Under the pieces are notes generated by a model. That model was not told where the DNA came from. It saw only the letters and a program-made list of their open reading frames with translations, and did not search any database. A stretch of 64,000 nucleotides of DNA from an uncultured cyanobacterium (GTDB taxonomy: Bacteria > Cyanobacteriota > Cyanobacteriia > Cyanobacteriales > CAWUOF01), in the NCBI GenBank assembly GCA_963744145.1, contig CAVUSO010000001.1:5312001-5376000 (forward strand), read 5' to 3'. The first letter of the stretch is position 1, and each line of letters opens with the position of its first letter. Below, piece by piece: positions 28,144 through 41,345 of this stretch. The position numbers and the translations under genes were made by a program.

Positions 28144-29328
28144 CTAGAGAAACAATTGAAAGATTTCCCTAGCGGCGCGATCGCAAGCTCCCACCTCTCC
28201 TAGAGCCTGGCGCATTTTTTTATAGTTGTCAATAGTCTTAGCACGACGAACTGGATCAAACAAAAGTTCCCGTGCCAGAGAAATAATATTTTCCGGTGTT
28301 GCTTGGGTTTGGAGTAGTTCCGGGACGATCGGCTGCATCTGGACTAAATTAACCGGGGACATAAAGGGAATCGAAAACTTAAACACTTGAGTTGCAATCC
28401 AGAAAGTAATCGGATGAACCCGATACACTACCACCTGGGGCACATTCAATAAAGCTAGCTCTAAATTTACAGTTCCCGACTTAGTAATCGCCAAATCCAC
28501 CGCAGCGAGAACATCTGGAGTTTGATTAGCCACAACAGTCGCCCGCAATTGATAAAATTCAATGGCGGCGGTAATAGGTTGACGGTAAGCTTCTAGAGAA
28601 AGGGGAATCCAAAAATTCACATCGGGCAACTGGGCTTGAATTTGTTGGGCCGCAGTAAAGATCATCGGTAATAAATATTTGATTTCTTGTTGACGAGAAG
28701 CAGGTAAAAGCGCGATCGCTGTACTATCTGACTTAATCCCCAAGCGATCGCGAGCCACCGCACGACTAGGAAAAGATTGCAAGCGATCTAACAGCGGATG
28801 ACCAACCCAAGTAACCGCAGCCCCTTTATTGCGAAAATACTCGGCTTCACCGGGAAAAATAGCGAGGAGACGGTCAATGTGGGAAACGATCTGAGTAGTA
28901 TTGTGGGGATTAACAGACCAAATCCAGTCTTGAGGAGCAATATAATAGACCACAGGCACCTGGGGCAGATGGCGCTTGATATACTGCAACATCCCCAGAT
29001 TTGGTCCAACATAATCAATTAACACCACCAGATCCGGTGGATATTGGCGCAGATATTGTTGAGCTTGACGCTGAATCTTTAAAGTTGGCCAGATATAAGG
29101 AATCGATTCGAGAATACCAACCGAACCAATTCGGCTCGTATTACCTAACAGTAAAGCACCAGCCGCCGCCATCTGAGTTCCACCTAGGGCGACAATTTCT
29201 AATTGAATATTAGCTATCTGGGCTTGACGTTGGAGCGCAGCAATCAGCATTGCTCCTTGCAAATCACCAGAAACTTCACCCGTGCTAATAAACAAGCGGA
29301 ATTTTGAAGAAGGATTTAATTGGTCCAT
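28144..29328 (-). CDS. lpxB: Lipid-A-disaccharide synthase
   Basis: STGEVSGD, IDYVGPN, VGHPL, LPASR, KSGTVNLE; position in lpx cluster. Confidence 0.95.
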   Translation of the reverse strand: MDQLNPSSKFRLFISTGEVSGDLQGAMLIAALQRQAQIANIQLEIVALGGTQMAAAGALLLGNTSRIGSVGILESIPYIWPTLKIQRQAQQYLRQYPPDLVVLIDYVGPNLGMLQYIKRHLPQVPVVYYIAPQDWIWSVNPHNTTQIVSHIDRLLAIFPGEAEYFRNKGAAVTWVGHPLLDRLQSFPSRAVARDRLGIKSDSTAIALLPASRQQEIKYLLPMIFTAAQQIQAQLPDVNFWIPLSLEAYRQPITAAIEFYQLRATVVANQTPDVLAAVDLAITKSGTVNLELALLNVPQVVVYRVHPITFWIATQVFKFSIPFMSPVNLVQMQPIVPELLQTQATPENIISLARELLFDPVRRAKTIDNYKKMRQALGEVGACDRAAREIFQLFL

Positions 29329-30146
29329 TCTTCATCCTGACCCTGGGATTTAATTTTCTGGCCAGAAATTGGGCCGCGACGTCCCGGTTGTCCAGAAGCT
29401 TGTAAAAACCAGTATAGATGGGATAAAAATTCGCTATCTTCCATGGTTTGTAATTCAGCCAGTGCTTGATTGAGAGTTAAACCAGAACGATAGAGCATCC
29501 GGAAAGCAGTTTTTAGGTGTCGCAATTGGGTAATCCCAAAACCAGCTCGTTTTAGTCCGACCAGATTTAGCGATCGCACCCTTGCAGGATTACCTTCCAC
29601 CAACATATAGGGCGGGACATCCCGATCAATCCGACTCATCCCGCCCACCATCGCCAAACGACCAATGTGAACAAACTGATGAATCCCTAAAACGCCACCA
29701 ATCGTTGCTTTGGACTCAATCTGAACATGACCCGCCAAAGCCACAGCATTAGCGATCACTACTTGGTTTTCAATCACACAATTATGAGCCACATGAACAT
29801 AAGCCATCAGCAAATTATCATTACCAATCACTGTGGCTGCACCTGCTTGAGTAGCACGGTTGATTGTGACATATTCACGAATTCTATTCCCGTTGCCAAT
29901 TTTTACCAAACTGAGAGCCCCATCATATTTCAGGTCTTGGGGTTCTAACCCGATCGCTGCACCTGGAAAAATTTGGTTGCGCTCACCAATTTCCGTCCAA
30001 CCTTCGAGAACTACATGGGAACCAATTTCTGTGTAGGGACCAATTTTTACTTGTTCTCCAATCACAGCATAAGCACCCACCTTAACAGTGGGATGTATTT
30101 TAGCACCAGGATGAATTACGGCTGTGGGGTGAATTAGGGTAGTCAT
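29316..30146 (-). CDS. lpxA: UDP-N-acetylglucosamine acyltransferase
   Basis: IHPTAVI hexapeptide repeats, PQDLKY, HVAHNC. Confidence 0.97.
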   Translation of the reverse strand: MTTLIHPTAVIHPGAKIHPTVKVGAYAVIGEQVKIGPYTEIGSHVVLEGWTEIGERNQIFPGAAIGLEPQDLKYDGALSLVKIGNGNRIREYVTINRATQAGAATVIGNDNLLMAYVHVAHNCVIENQVVIANAVALAGHVQIESKATIGGVLGIHQFVHIGRLAMVGGMSRIDRDVPPYMLVEGNPARVRSLNLVGLKRAGFGITQLRHLKTAFRMLYRSGLTLNQALAELQTMEDSEFLSHLYWFLQASGQPGRRGPISGQKIKSQGQDEEWTN

Positions 30147-30163
30147 TTACTCACGATCTGTTT

Positions 30164-30679
30164 TTAATCGACGATCGAAAACATCAATTCGCCCTCTGCT
30201 ACCAGTTGGCCATCTACTTCCGCCCGAGCTTGCATTTTGCCAAACCAACGTCGTTTAATACATAACAATTCGACTGTCATCACTAACTGATCTCCCGGGA
30301 CAACGGGACGGCGAAATTTAGCTTTATCAATCCCGGCAAACATACACAAACCTTGCTCAACTTCGGACATCTGGGTTAAAACGATGCCACCCACTTGTGC
30401 CATTGCTTCGATAATTAGGACTCCGGGCATAATTGGACGTCCGGGAAAGTGCCCTTGAAAATGGGGTTCATTAAAAGTAACATTTTTAATCCCCACAGCT
30501 AGTTTGTCCGGTACATAATCAATAATTCGATCAACTAAAGCAAAAGGATAGCGGTGGGGTAGTAGTTTTTGAATTTCTTCCAAAGTAAAAATGGTTTTTT
30601 TGCGCGGGGCGATCGCGCCATCGACTGAGATTTCCTCAGATATCAAGGTATTCGGGCTATTTTCCGTCAATGTGGACAT
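30164..30679 (-). CDS. fabZ: 3-hydroxyacyl-ACP dehydratase
   Basis: [34 protein letters not shown] at 30679. Confidence 0.97.
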   Translation of the reverse strand: MSTLTENSPNTLISEEISVDGAIAPRKKTIFTLEEIQKLLPHRYPFALVDRIIDYVPDKLAVGIKNVTFNEPHFQGHFPGRPIMPGVLIIEAMAQVGGIVLTQMSEVEQGLCMFAGIDKAKFRRPVVPGDQLVMTVELLCIKRRWFGKMQARAEVDGQLVAEGELMFSIVD

Positions 30680-30683
30680 AGGC

Positions 30684-31580
30684 TCAATGCAATACTTGCG
30701 ATTTGGGATAAGATGGAACAATTGGTGAGGTAAGCGCCACAATCTTCTGAGCAAGTTGGATATGCAAATTATGGCTGGCTTTATAGGCGAGAAAATGAGC
30801 GATCGGCCAAGTTGCTAATAAGCTCAGATCCCCTAATAAGTCTAAGATTTTATGACGTACTGGTTCATTTTCAAAGCGTAAGGGTGGATTAAGCCAACCT
30901 GTGGCACTACAAACCAGCGCATTTGCTAATGTTCCACCTTTAATTAAACCAGCAGCACGCAGTTGCTCAATCTGATTAGCTAACCCAAAAGTCCGCGCTG
31001 GAGCAATTGTGGTCGCAAAACTGTCTCGCTCTGGGTGCCAAGTATGCCACTGTTGACCGATCGCTGGGAAATCAAAGTCAATTCCGTAGGAAAAACAAGT
31101 AGTTGGTGCAGGGAGTGCAGCTACAAAAGCATCACCATAATTTACCCAGATTGGTTCAGTAATGGCATAAATTGGTAGCTCAATCGACATGGTTTGACTT
31201 GGTGATCGGACTAATCCGACCTGAGCGATCGCTTCTACCCAAATTTGAGCTGAACCATCAAGTAAGGGGACTTCTGAGCCATCAATTTCGATCCGCACAT
31301 CATCTACACCCATTCCAGCTAAAGCTGCTAATAAGTGTTCTACTGTGCGGACAGTAGCTTCCCCCTCAATCAGTTCTGTGGAGAGAGTAGTTTGATGAAC
31401 TGCTCCAACTCGAGCGGGAATGATGGGTTGTTGGGGGAGGTCAACCCGCACAAAATAGCGTCCATCACCAGAATTAGCCGGTAATAGCCGTACTTGAGTA
31501 GAAATTCCACTATGTAAACCGATCCCAGAGTGGAATATTTCTTTTGCTAGGGTATGAGAAGGTTTTTGCTCTTTGATCAT
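30684..31580 (-). CDS. lpxC: UDP-3-O-acyl-GlcNAc deacetylase
   Basis: [36 protein letters not shown]. Confidence 0.97.
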   Translation of the reverse strand: MIKEQKPSHTLAKEIFHSGIGLHSGISTQVRLLPANSGDGRYFVRVDLPQQPIIPARVGAVHQTTLSTELIEGEATVRTVEHLLAALAGMGVDDVRIEIDGSEVPLLDGSAQIWVEAIAQVGLVRSPSQTMSIELPIYAITEPIWVNYGDAFVAALPAPTTCFSYGIDFDFPAIGQQWHTWHPERDSFATTIAPARTFGLANQIEQLRAAGLIKGGTLANALVCSATGWLNPPLRFENEPVRHKILDLLGDLSLLATWPIAHFLAYKASHNLHIQLAQKIVALTSPIVPSYPKSQVLH

Positions 31581-31636
31581 AGGTTTCCTTTGGTGTATGG
31601 ATCATTAATCAGGATCATCAATGATCCAAATTGGCA

Positions 31637-34097
31637 TTAGAATCTTTCACCAATACCAAAGTGAATGTGAGTACCCCCTGATTCATTAATCCCGTAATCA
31701 ACCCGAATTGGACCTAACGGTGATTGAATGCGGACACCCAAACCATAACCGTAACCAGTTCCAGATTTACCTCGAATTCCCGCAGGATTACCTGGAACAC
31801 TTGATGCTGTTCCTAAGTCACTGCCAAAATCAAAAAATAATGCTCCACCGAGAAAAGCAAATAGAGGAAAGCGATATTCCGCACTAGTTTGGACAAAACT
31901 GCGACCCGCACCTAAATCACCTTCGTCATAACCACGTACTGAGTTACTACCTCCCAAAGCAAAAGCTTCATAAGGTGGTAAATCCCCGATCGCAGTTCCA
32001 GTTTGGAAATTAAGTGCTAAAGTCTGAGCCCCACGCAGAAAACTGAGATAACGGACAGGCAGATAATAACTATAACTACCTCTGAGACGGGTTAGCAAGA
32101 TACTTCCTGATCCGACTGGAACAGATTGTTCTGTACTAAAACGGAGAAAATCACCTCGAGTTGGTCGGAGCGGATCGTTACGGCGATCGCGTACTGCTGC
32201 TAATTCAAACACCAGCAGGTCGTCACGTCCTGTATGACTAAAACTGAGGTTATTCCCACGTTGATCTCGAGGTCTGAGTACACCATTACTATCAATAATG
32301 GAAACTCTCTGATATTCAAATCCCACAGATCCTCTCCATTCGGAAGTTAGGGGATTTGCGCCGAGCGGACGAGTAAAAGTCACCCCCGCACCCAGACGAT
32401 CTACGCGAGGTTCATCACCATTAGGAAGATAGATGTGGTGTCTGGTGCTGGTAAAAATATTCGATATTGCTCTGCGATCGAACGCATCGACGGTATAGGA
32501 GGTGTGGTGAACATCGCCAGCAATCCAAGGATCAGTAAAACTGACATTATACAAAGCACCCCGTTGGGCAATTTGGACTTCTCCTCCCAATTTTTGATTA
32601 TTACCACCTAAGTTTTGTTGTTGGTAACTTAAAGTCCCAAATAGTCCAGTTGAGGAACTAACCCCAGCACCTGCGGCTAAAGATCCGTTATTTTTTTCAA
32701 TTACATTCAATACTGCTACTACTTTGCGGGGATCTTGACCTGGATTTAAAGACAATCGGACATCTTCAAAAATCCCCAACCCAAAGATGCGCTGTAAATC
32801 TTTCTCCACCACAGCCCGATTGAACACTTGCCCTGGTTTTAATTGTACTTCGCGGGTGATAATAAATTGGCGAGTATGGCCTTTAATCGGCTCTCCTTTA
32901 GCATCTGTTTCTTCTCCATCTTTATTTAAAAAGTGGACTTGAATATCTTCCACCACCCCTTCAGCTACGATTAACGTTACTGTCCCATCATCAGCAATTT
33001 TCGGTGCTTCCGCATTGATCACCTGGGCTAAAACATAGCCTTTATCTTGATACCACTGATTGAGTTTTTTAATTCCTTGTTGCAAGCTTTTCAAGTTCAG
33101 TGGTTTACCATACTGATCTTTGAAGCTATCGGTAATCACACTGTCAGGTAGAACTTGCTTTCCTTCTACTTTAACTGTACTTAGTGGGGCGAAAGGTGTG
33201 ACTTCAAAAGTTACCCTTACACCTAATGGAGTATCTTCCGGTACTGCTCGCACATTAGCAAAATATCCTGTAGCTAAAATTGCTTGAGTATCTGCTTGTA
33301 ATTGAGAGCGAGTAGCTGTACGTCCTGGTTGAGTCCGAATCTTTTGAAAAACTAGAATCTTCTAGTTCTCCAGTTACACCTTTTACCACTACTTCAGCCA
33401 CTAAAACGTTTGGTTCTACCCGATCAGATGGTGTTGATGATGGGTTTGAGGTTGGTGGGAAAATCGGGGTTGAGTTATCTGGAATATTTATTGGTAAAGA
33501 TCCAGGATTACTTCCTGGTGTAACAGGTTGAGGACTAGGTGTGGTTGATGAAGCTCCAGGATTATTTCCTGGTGTGACCGGTTGGGGACTAGGTGTAGTT
33601 GATGAAGTTCCAGAATTATTTCCTGGTGTAACCGGTGGGGAACTAGGTGTGGTTGATGAACTTCCAGGATTATTTCCTGGTGTAACAGGTTGGGGACTAG
33701 GTGTGGTTGATGAACTTCCAGGATTATTTCCTGGTGTAACAGGTTGGGGACTAGATGGTTCAGATTCTAAATTCGCTGGTGTAACAGGTTGGGGACTAGG
33801 TGTGGTTGGTTGAGGTTGAGACTTTGGGACATTCTCATTCAGAACCGGTGTAGCTATTTTTGCGGGTAATAAGGGCAATTTTGCTTTAGCTGAGTGTTCT
33901 GGAGAGTTAGGTAAGATTTCTGTTGGTAGGATGGGCTGGACGGATGGTAATCCTGGGAGGGACGCATCTATATGTCCATTGCCTGATGGGACTCTGTGAT
34001 TAACATTGTCCTCATTTGTTTGTCCATAAGCAGGATGAGACGGATTTAGTGTTGCTGATGTGGCCAGAACCAACATCAATATTGGAGATAAGCGCAT
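31637..34097 (-). CDS. bamA: Omp85/BamA outer-membrane assembly factor, split by a 1-bp frameshift at ~33356
   Basis: Signal peptide, Pro-rich region, POTRA domains, VRGY, C-terminal FGIGERF; removing one A at 33356-33357 joins ORFs 33255-34124 and 31637-33253. Confidence 0.9.
33500..33810 (-). repeat. 54-bp coding tandem repeat (PSPQPVTPGNNPGSSSTT), about 5-6 units
   Basis: Visible in both DNA and translation. Confidence 0.9.
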
Positions 34098-34303
34098 CTT
34101 GTTAAGATATTTCAACACTTCCACACACCATAAAGAGCGGTTAGCCCTTGAGATTTTAACTGTTAGATTTTAGGGTTTAGATTGAAAATTTCCAAATCCT
34201 ATATTTTCCTTTAGAATTGCACAAGGCAAATCAAGGAAATCATCTCACGGCATAGGGAGAAATCTTACCGCATTGATGGAAAAGAAGCGATTAATATCTG
34301 GCT

Positions 34304-35038
34304 TTAATTTGAGCCAGTTTGTGCCAAAACTCTTTCTAATACTTCCTGGTAGGCTTTTTCGATATTTCCCAGATCCCGGCGAAATCGATCTTTGTCCATC
34401 ACCCGCTGATTGGGATCGCTTTCTCCACTATCCCACAATCGGCAAGTATCGGGGCTGATTTCATCCGCAAGAATAATTTTTCTTTGCGAGTCCAGCCCAA
34501 ATTCGAGTTTGAAGTCTACTAAAATAATGCGGCACCGCCGGAAAAATTCTGAGAGGATTTGGTTAATTTGCAATGCCTGCTGTTTTAATTCTTCTAATTG
34601 CTCTTTAGTCGCGAGTTCTAGCAATAATAGGCGATCGCTTGTCAATAGGGGATCTCCTAGTTGATCATTTTTATAAAAAAATTCTACTAAGGGAAATTTT
34701 AGGACTGTCCCTACTCCTAGTCCGGTTTGTTGACATAAACTCCCAGCAGCAATATTTCTGACAATGACTTCGATTGGGAATATTTTTACTGCTTTGACTC
34801 TCATTTGGTTAGCTGTCGGACAGTCGATCAAGTGCGTTGCTATTCCTCTTGCTTCTAACCACTGAAATAGCTTTTCTGAAATCTTGCAGTTGATTTCTCC
34901 TTTACCCGTTATACTCCCTTTTTTTTGAGCGTTAAATGCCGTTGCATCATCTTTGAAATGAGTCAGCAAAATTTCGGGATCGTCTGTAGTATAGAGAATT
35001 TTGGCTTTGCCTTCGTAGATTTTTTGGTGAGCAGACAT
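34304..35038 (-). CDS. purC: SAICAR synthase
   Basis: YEGKAK, FKDDATAFN, VDFKLEFG, ADEISPDTCRLWD, DKDRFR; ATG at 35038. Confidence 0.97.
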   Translation of the reverse strand: MSAHQKIYEGKAKILYTTDDPEILLTHFKDDATAFNAQKKGSITGKGEINCKISEKLFQWLEARGIATHLIDCPTANQMRVKAVKIFPIEVIVRNIAAGSLCQQTGLGVGTVLKFPLVEFFYKNDQLGDPLLTSDRLLLLELATKEQLEELKQQALQINQILSEFFRRCRIILVDFKLEFGLDSQRKIILADEISPDTCRLWDSGESDPNQRVMDKDRFRRDLGNIEKAYQEVLERVLAQTGSN

Positions 35039-35262
35039 AGTGATGTTTGGTTTTTGGTTGACTTTGGGTCTGATCCGCGATCGCATGTGATCACATTTGA
35101 TTAAATTTAGGTTAATATCAGATTAAAACCGATTCCCAGTTTCCTTTAATATTACTTACCCGTTTTTGGGTCTAGTTTTTTATTGGTGGAAACCAAAATT
35201 TTGATCGGGACATTTTCAGAAACTTTTAATTTGGCATAAGCATTTTATTCCAGGAGACAATT

Positions 35263-35514
35263 ATGACAGACAAATTTGAATTTTTTCACCCTCGTAGTCG
35301 TTACTATGGCAAATTTCAACCTGAAGCTTTATTATTTAATGCCAATTTACAGGAATTTGCCCAACGGATTAGCTATATTTGTAATCTAGAAACTAATGGT
35401 AAACTATCCCCAGCCGAATCATATCAACAAATTAAAATGCTCTGGAAACAGCTAAAACGTAGTAAAAAAGAGCTGGGGATTGGGCGTGATTCCTCCTCTG
35501 ATGAAACAGGTTAG
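35263..35514 (+). CDS. Small hypothetical protein of cyanobacterial type
   Basis: FNANLQEFAQR...LETNGKLSP...LWKQLK; GGAG RBS. Confidence 0.75.
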   Translation: MTDKFEFFHPRSRYYGKFQPEALLFNANLQEFAQRISYICNLETNGKLSPAESYQQIKMLWKQLKRSKKELGIGRDSSSDETG

Positions 35515-35529
35515 TTTTTTTCTATCCTT

Positions 35530-38130
35530 TTATTTTGTAGTCATAGTATGAACTCCATCCCAGGACTCAGGTGGAGGATTTTCGAGATATTTTTTAGAGC
35601 GTTTAAGATAAATTTCTACAGCTCGATCTCGAGAATTTAGTTGTTCGGCTTCTTGAAAATTATTTAAAGCTGATTTAAAGTCTCTTAACATATAGGCTTT
35701 ACGTCCAGCACTATAATAATGCAAGAATGCGGCAATATTTGGCTCTAACCCATCGTTGCGATCGCCAATTAATTCATAAATACTCACTGCTTCATGTTTA
35801 CCTTTGACGCGAATTTTATCTAATTCCCGCACCCAAATGCGATCGCCACATAAATCATAAGTAAATTGACTCAAAATAATATCACACCCATACTCTTTAG
35901 TCACACCTTCCAAGCGTGAAGAAAGATTAACCCCATCACCAATCACGGTATAATCCATCCGTTTTTGGGAACCAATATTACCAGAAACTACTTCACCAGA
36001 ACTAATCCCGATCCCAATCCGAATCAGAGGTTGAGCTTCAATAATTCGACTTTGATTAAACTCTTTTAAACGTCGGCGCATATCTAGGGCTGATTTAACC
36101 GCCATCCAAGCGTGATTTTGAGTCAGGGGGAGGGGGGCACCAAAAACTGCCATAATCGCATCTCCAATAAACTTATCGAGAGTACCTTCATGGTTAAAAA
36201 TTGCCTCTACCATTGTTTCAAAATATTGATTAAGCAACTCTACCACTTGAGTAGCTTCCAGTTTTTCAGTTAGGGTGGTATAACCGCGAATATCAGAAAA
36301 TAAAATGGTAACTTCCTTGCGTTCACCTACCATTAACGCATCATCACCGAGAGCCATAACTCGTTCCGCTACCCCAGGAGTCATGTAGCGATACATGGTA
36401 GTTTTCATCCGCTTTTCTCGACTAATATCTTCTAATACCACTAACCCACCACGGACCCCACCTTCTGGATTAGTTAAAGGATTTACTGTTAAATTAATAC
36501 TCCGCTCCAGTAGTTGTAGTTGATTTCTTAAAATCGGAGCATTGTCTTTCAATTGACTATTTTTTTCAGCTTTTTGGCTGATCGATTCAGCCCAAGGAAT
36601 AAAAAGATCAGGCTGATATTGATCAGGAATTGCGAGAATATATTCGTCACCTTGATCTTCTTCTAATCCAGAATGATCAGAATTTTTTGGTTTCAGATAC
36701 AAACCAACCGTTAAACTTTGTTCAGGCACAAAATGTTTAGCTGCGTTGCTAAGACTATCTTCTAATCGGAACCGCAGATTGTCGATCGGCACAATTTCCC
36801 AAACCGAGCGACCAATAATTTTTTGCTCCCACATTTGCAAATTATATTTACCGTTCGCTTTTTGCAGAGGACAACCTAGCAAAGCTAATGCAGCTTCATT
36901 AATGGTGACAATCTGTCCTTGCATATCGGTAGAAATAACTGCATCTGATAAACTTTGCAGGATATCTTTTTGATACTGTCTTTCGACTAAGACATTTTGA
37001 AACAACTGAGCATTTTCTAAAGCAATACCAGCTTGAATATTAAATGCTCGCATGAACTCTTCATCGGAACTGGTAAAACTCCCTTGATTTTTATTAATTA
37101 ACTGCGTAACTCCAATTAATTCTCCAGCCGAATTAAACACGGGCATACATAAAATATTGCGGGTATTATAACCGGTTTGTTGATCAGGAGCCGGATTAAA
37201 ACGAGGATCTTGATAAGCATCAGTAATATTCAGGGATTTACCAGTAGAAGCGACATAACCAGCGATCCCTTTATTAGCAGGAATCCGGATTTCCATTTGG
37301 GTTTTGCCATCTGCTTTAGCAACTTTAGTCCACAGTTCACCGGTTTCCTTGCTAAGTAAAAATAGGGTGCTGCGATCGGCTTGCATTAAATCTCGGGCTT
37401 GATCCATCACTGATCGGAGTGTGGCTTCTAAATCAAGACTTTGACCAAGCAATTTGGTTGCTTGTAAAAGTGCAGCAGCACCACGTTGATTCCGAGCCGC
37501 AGTATAAAAAGATTGACAACTTTCTAGAATAATGCCAATTGAAGCAGCGAAATCACGAAAATGTTGTTCATCTTCTTGATCAAAAGGCGATTCTCCAGCT
37601 TTATTTAACAATTGTGCTACAGCTACCACCTGGTTTTTGCTACTAAAAATTGGCATACACAGGAGGTTATGAGTGCGATAGCCGATTTGCTCATCAACTT
37701 CTTGATTAAATAAAGGATGACTATAGGCATCAGTAATATTGAGACAAGCCCCAGTATTGGCCACATGACCAACAATTCCCATACCGATAGGAATTCGGAT
37801 TTCTCTGGGTTTTTCGTCTTCACCTTTGGCAAGTTGAGACCACAACAGACCTTTTTCCTTGTCAACTAAAAAAATAGTTGTGCGATCGGCTTGGAGAATT
37901 TGGCCAACTTTTAAGGTAATTGCTTCTAAAACCTGTTCCAGCATACTTTCGAGAGCTTCATTGTTAATTAAGTCAAGGGCTCTCAAAAATTGCTGGAATT
38001 CAGCAGTAATAAAGTCGAGCAAGCAGATAAATTCTGGCACAGGCAGATATTTGACACGATGGGTCAATGCCCCCATCCGATTGACTTGAGTCAATGTTGC
38101 CAGAACACTACCGACGTTAGAGAATGTCAT
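35530..38130 (-). CDS. cyaB: GAF-GAF-PAS class III adenylate cyclase (CyaB type)
   Basis: Two GAF domains with NK..F..DE, PAS, FSDIRGYT, DKFIGDAIM, GDGVNLSSRLE. Confidence 0.9.
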   Translation of the reverse strand: MTFSNVGSVLATLTQVNRMGALTHRVKYLPVPEFICLLDFITAEFQQFLRALDLINNEALESMLEQVLEAITLKVGQILQADRTTIFLVDKEKGLLWSQLAKGEDEKPREIRIPIGMGIVGHVANTGACLNITDAYSHPLFNQEVDEQIGYRTHNLLCMPIFSSKNQVVAVAQLLNKAGESPFDQEDEQHFRDFAASIGIILESCQSFYTAARNQRGAAALLQATKLLGQSLDLEATLRSVMDQARDLMQADRSTLFLLSKETGELWTKVAKADGKTQMEIRIPANKGIAGYVASTGKSLNITDAYQDPRFNPAPDQQTGYNTRNILCMPVFNSAGELIGVTQLINKNQGSFTSSDEEFMRAFNIQAGIALENAQLFQNVLVERQYQKDILQSLSDAVISTDMQGQIVTINEAALALLGCPLQKANGKYNLQMWEQKIIGRSVWEIVPIDNLRFRLEDSLSNAAKHFVPEQSLTVGLYLKPKNSDHSGLEEDQGDEYILAIPDQYQPDLFIPWAESISQKAEKNSQLKDNAPILRNQLQLLERSINLTVNPLTNPEGGVRGGLVVLEDISREKRMKTTMYRYMTPGVAERVMALGDDALMVGERKEVTILFSDIRGYTTLTEKLEATQVVELLNQYFETMVEAIFNHEGTLDKFIGDAIMAVFGAPLPLTQNHAWMAVKSALDMRRRLKEFNQSRIIEAQPLIRIGIGISSGEVVSGNIGSQKRMDYTVIGDGVNLSSRLEGVTKEYGCDIILSQFTYDLCGDRIWVRELDKIRVKGKHEAVSIYELIGDRNDGLEPNIAAFLHYYSAGRKAYMLRDFKSALNNFQEAEQLNSRDRAVEIYLKRSKKYLENPPPESWDGVHTMTTK

Positions 38131-38352
38131 GGTGGTATATAACCGGAGGCAATGCTAGACGGCTTACACTCTTCTAAATGGATTGCTCCATATCAAGGGT
38201 ATCTCGTAGCGAAGCGTTTGGCTAAGGTTGGCTAAATTAGATCCGCATACAATACTGTTATAACTTGGGGAATAGATAGTTGGATAATTAAAGGCAATAT
38301 AATTGGCTGTCAGTTGATCTTTGAGTAATTTAGTCTAAGTGGGATAAATTTT

Positions 38353-38380
38353 GTAGGGGCGTATGGCAATACGCCCCTAC
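38353..38380. repeat. REP-like palindrome
   Basis: GTAGGGGCGTATGGCAATACGCCCCTAC. Confidence 0.7.
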
Positions 38381-38395
38381 GACATATGGTCAAGA

Positions 38396-39529
38396 TTAGG
38401 CGGCTGATGGCATTTGTTTAGAGCAGAGGACAGCTTCATAGTAACGACGTAATTGGCGAGTCGCTGCGGGCCACCCCCATCGTTCGGCTTCTAGACGCGC
38501 ATGATCGCGCAGGTTTTCCCTTTCTTCTGGATGTGCTAAGAGTCTTTGGGTCGCGGCGATCGCTCCTTTGGGATCATTTGGGTCAAATAAATAGCCATTC
38601 ACCCCATCGGTGACGATATCTGGTATTCCTCCTGAGCGAGCGGCTACAACCGGACAACCAGCTGCCATAGCTTCGAGCAGAACTAATCCCAGGGTTTCAG
38701 TGCGAGAAGGAAAAATAAAAGCATCAGCTGAAGCATAAGCACTAGCTAATTCTCGACCACGGAGATAACCCACAAAATTAGTAGGTGTATCTGCAAAGTG
38801 TTCGATTAAAGCTTGACGATGGGGACCATCTCCGACGAGAGCTAATCTCGCGTTGGGAATAGCTGCTAAAACGGGTTTAATTTGATCAATTTCTTTTTCA
38901 GCGCCTAAACGTCCGACATAAAGTAATAGAGGACTGTCTGGGTGACCTTGACTTAGACGCGATCGCATTTCTAAACTAGCAAACTCTGGTTGAAAAAATT
39001 CTGTATCGACTCCACGTTGCCAGAGGTTAACCCTTTCGATCCCATGAGCTGTCAATTCCTCTACCATTGCGGTGGAGGTACAGAGGTTTAATTCAGCCTG
39101 ATTATGTCCTGCTCTGAGGAGACTCCATAGCACTTCCTCGAACATTCCCCACCCATAATGATGCAAATATTGTGGTAAGTGAGTGTGATATGATGCGACG
39201 ATGGGAATATTTAAGGTTTTGCCATAATACAAACCCCCGACCCCTAAAACTGCGGGATTAACGACATGAACAAGATCTGGATCAAATTCAGCTAAGATGT
39301 CACCAATCGAGGGACGGGGTAAGGCTAGTTTTAATTCAGGATACATAGGTAAGGGAAATCCAGGAATCCCGTGGATTTTTGCCCCCTCATATTCAGGTAT
39401 CCCTCCTTCCGGGGCAAAAATTATTACTTGATCGCCAAATCTTTGCAGATATTTAATGGTGTGACATAGACGGGTGACAATCCCATCTACTTTAGGTAAA
39501 AAAGTTTCTGTGAATAGAGCGATTCGCAT
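38396..39529 (-). CDS. sqdX: Sulfoquinovosyltransferase (GT4)
   Basis: FTETFLPKVDGIV, SYHTH, ETLGLVLLEAMA; next to sqdB. Confidence 0.9.
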   Translation of the reverse strand: MRIALFTETFLPKVDGIVTRLCHTIKYLQRFGDQVIIFAPEGGIPEYEGAKIHGIPGFPLPMYPELKLALPRPSIGDILAEFDPDLVHVVNPAVLGVGGLYYGKTLNIPIVASYHTHLPQYLHHYGWGMFEEVLWSLLRAGHNQAELNLCTSTAMVEELTAHGIERVNLWQRGVDTEFFQPEFASLEMRSRLSQGHPDSPLLLYVGRLGAEKEIDQIKPVLAAIPNARLALVGDGPHRQALIEHFADTPTNFVGYLRGRELASAYASADAFIFPSRTETLGLVLLEAMAAGCPVVAARSGGIPDIVTDGVNGYLFDPNDPKGAIAATQRLLAHPEERENLRDHARLEAERWGWPAATRQLRRYYEAVLCSKQMPSAA

Positions 39530-39913
39530 AGGAAAGTGGAAATTACAAAACTGATTAATCCTAATTTTTTTACAGATGGCAAATTGGAGAATGAAAAATA
39601 AATAGGTTCGTAGTAAGCGATTAGCGAGCTAAAGCGCTTATTAAAAGCTAGTTATTTAATTTCTATTCCTGAGACATTAGACCAGAAAGCAAAAGTCAAA
39701 AACTTCTGTTCGTGGTAAGATATCTGCTCCTTGATGATTGAGTATTGGGGGACTTTAGTCCCTACTACAAACATTTTTGCCAGAAGTCTAATTATCTGCA
39801 AAATTGCCACAAAACTCTGAAAAACCATCAGTTTTACTCCTGGGTTTTCCTTGTGGGTAAAATTAAAAGGCAATCAATAAAAATATTTTACCGATTGCCT
39901 TGGTTGCTTTTGC

Positions 39914-41167
<1,254 letters not shown>

Positions 41168-41345
41168 TCAATTACCTGGGACAATCAGGGGATGGCGATC
41201 GGTAAATATACAATATCGTTTTTGGTTAATCCCTAGCATAAGCTACTCTGGCTCAAGATTTGTGTTAATTTCTTTCTCCCTCAAATCTATCAATTAGTCC
41301 ACCGGAATCGGGCGATCGCTGATAAAAATCTTAATAATCCTAAAT

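Noticed and set aside
33541..33813. Plus-strand repetitive 90-aa ORF
   Set aside because: Antisense reading of the BamA 54-bp repeat
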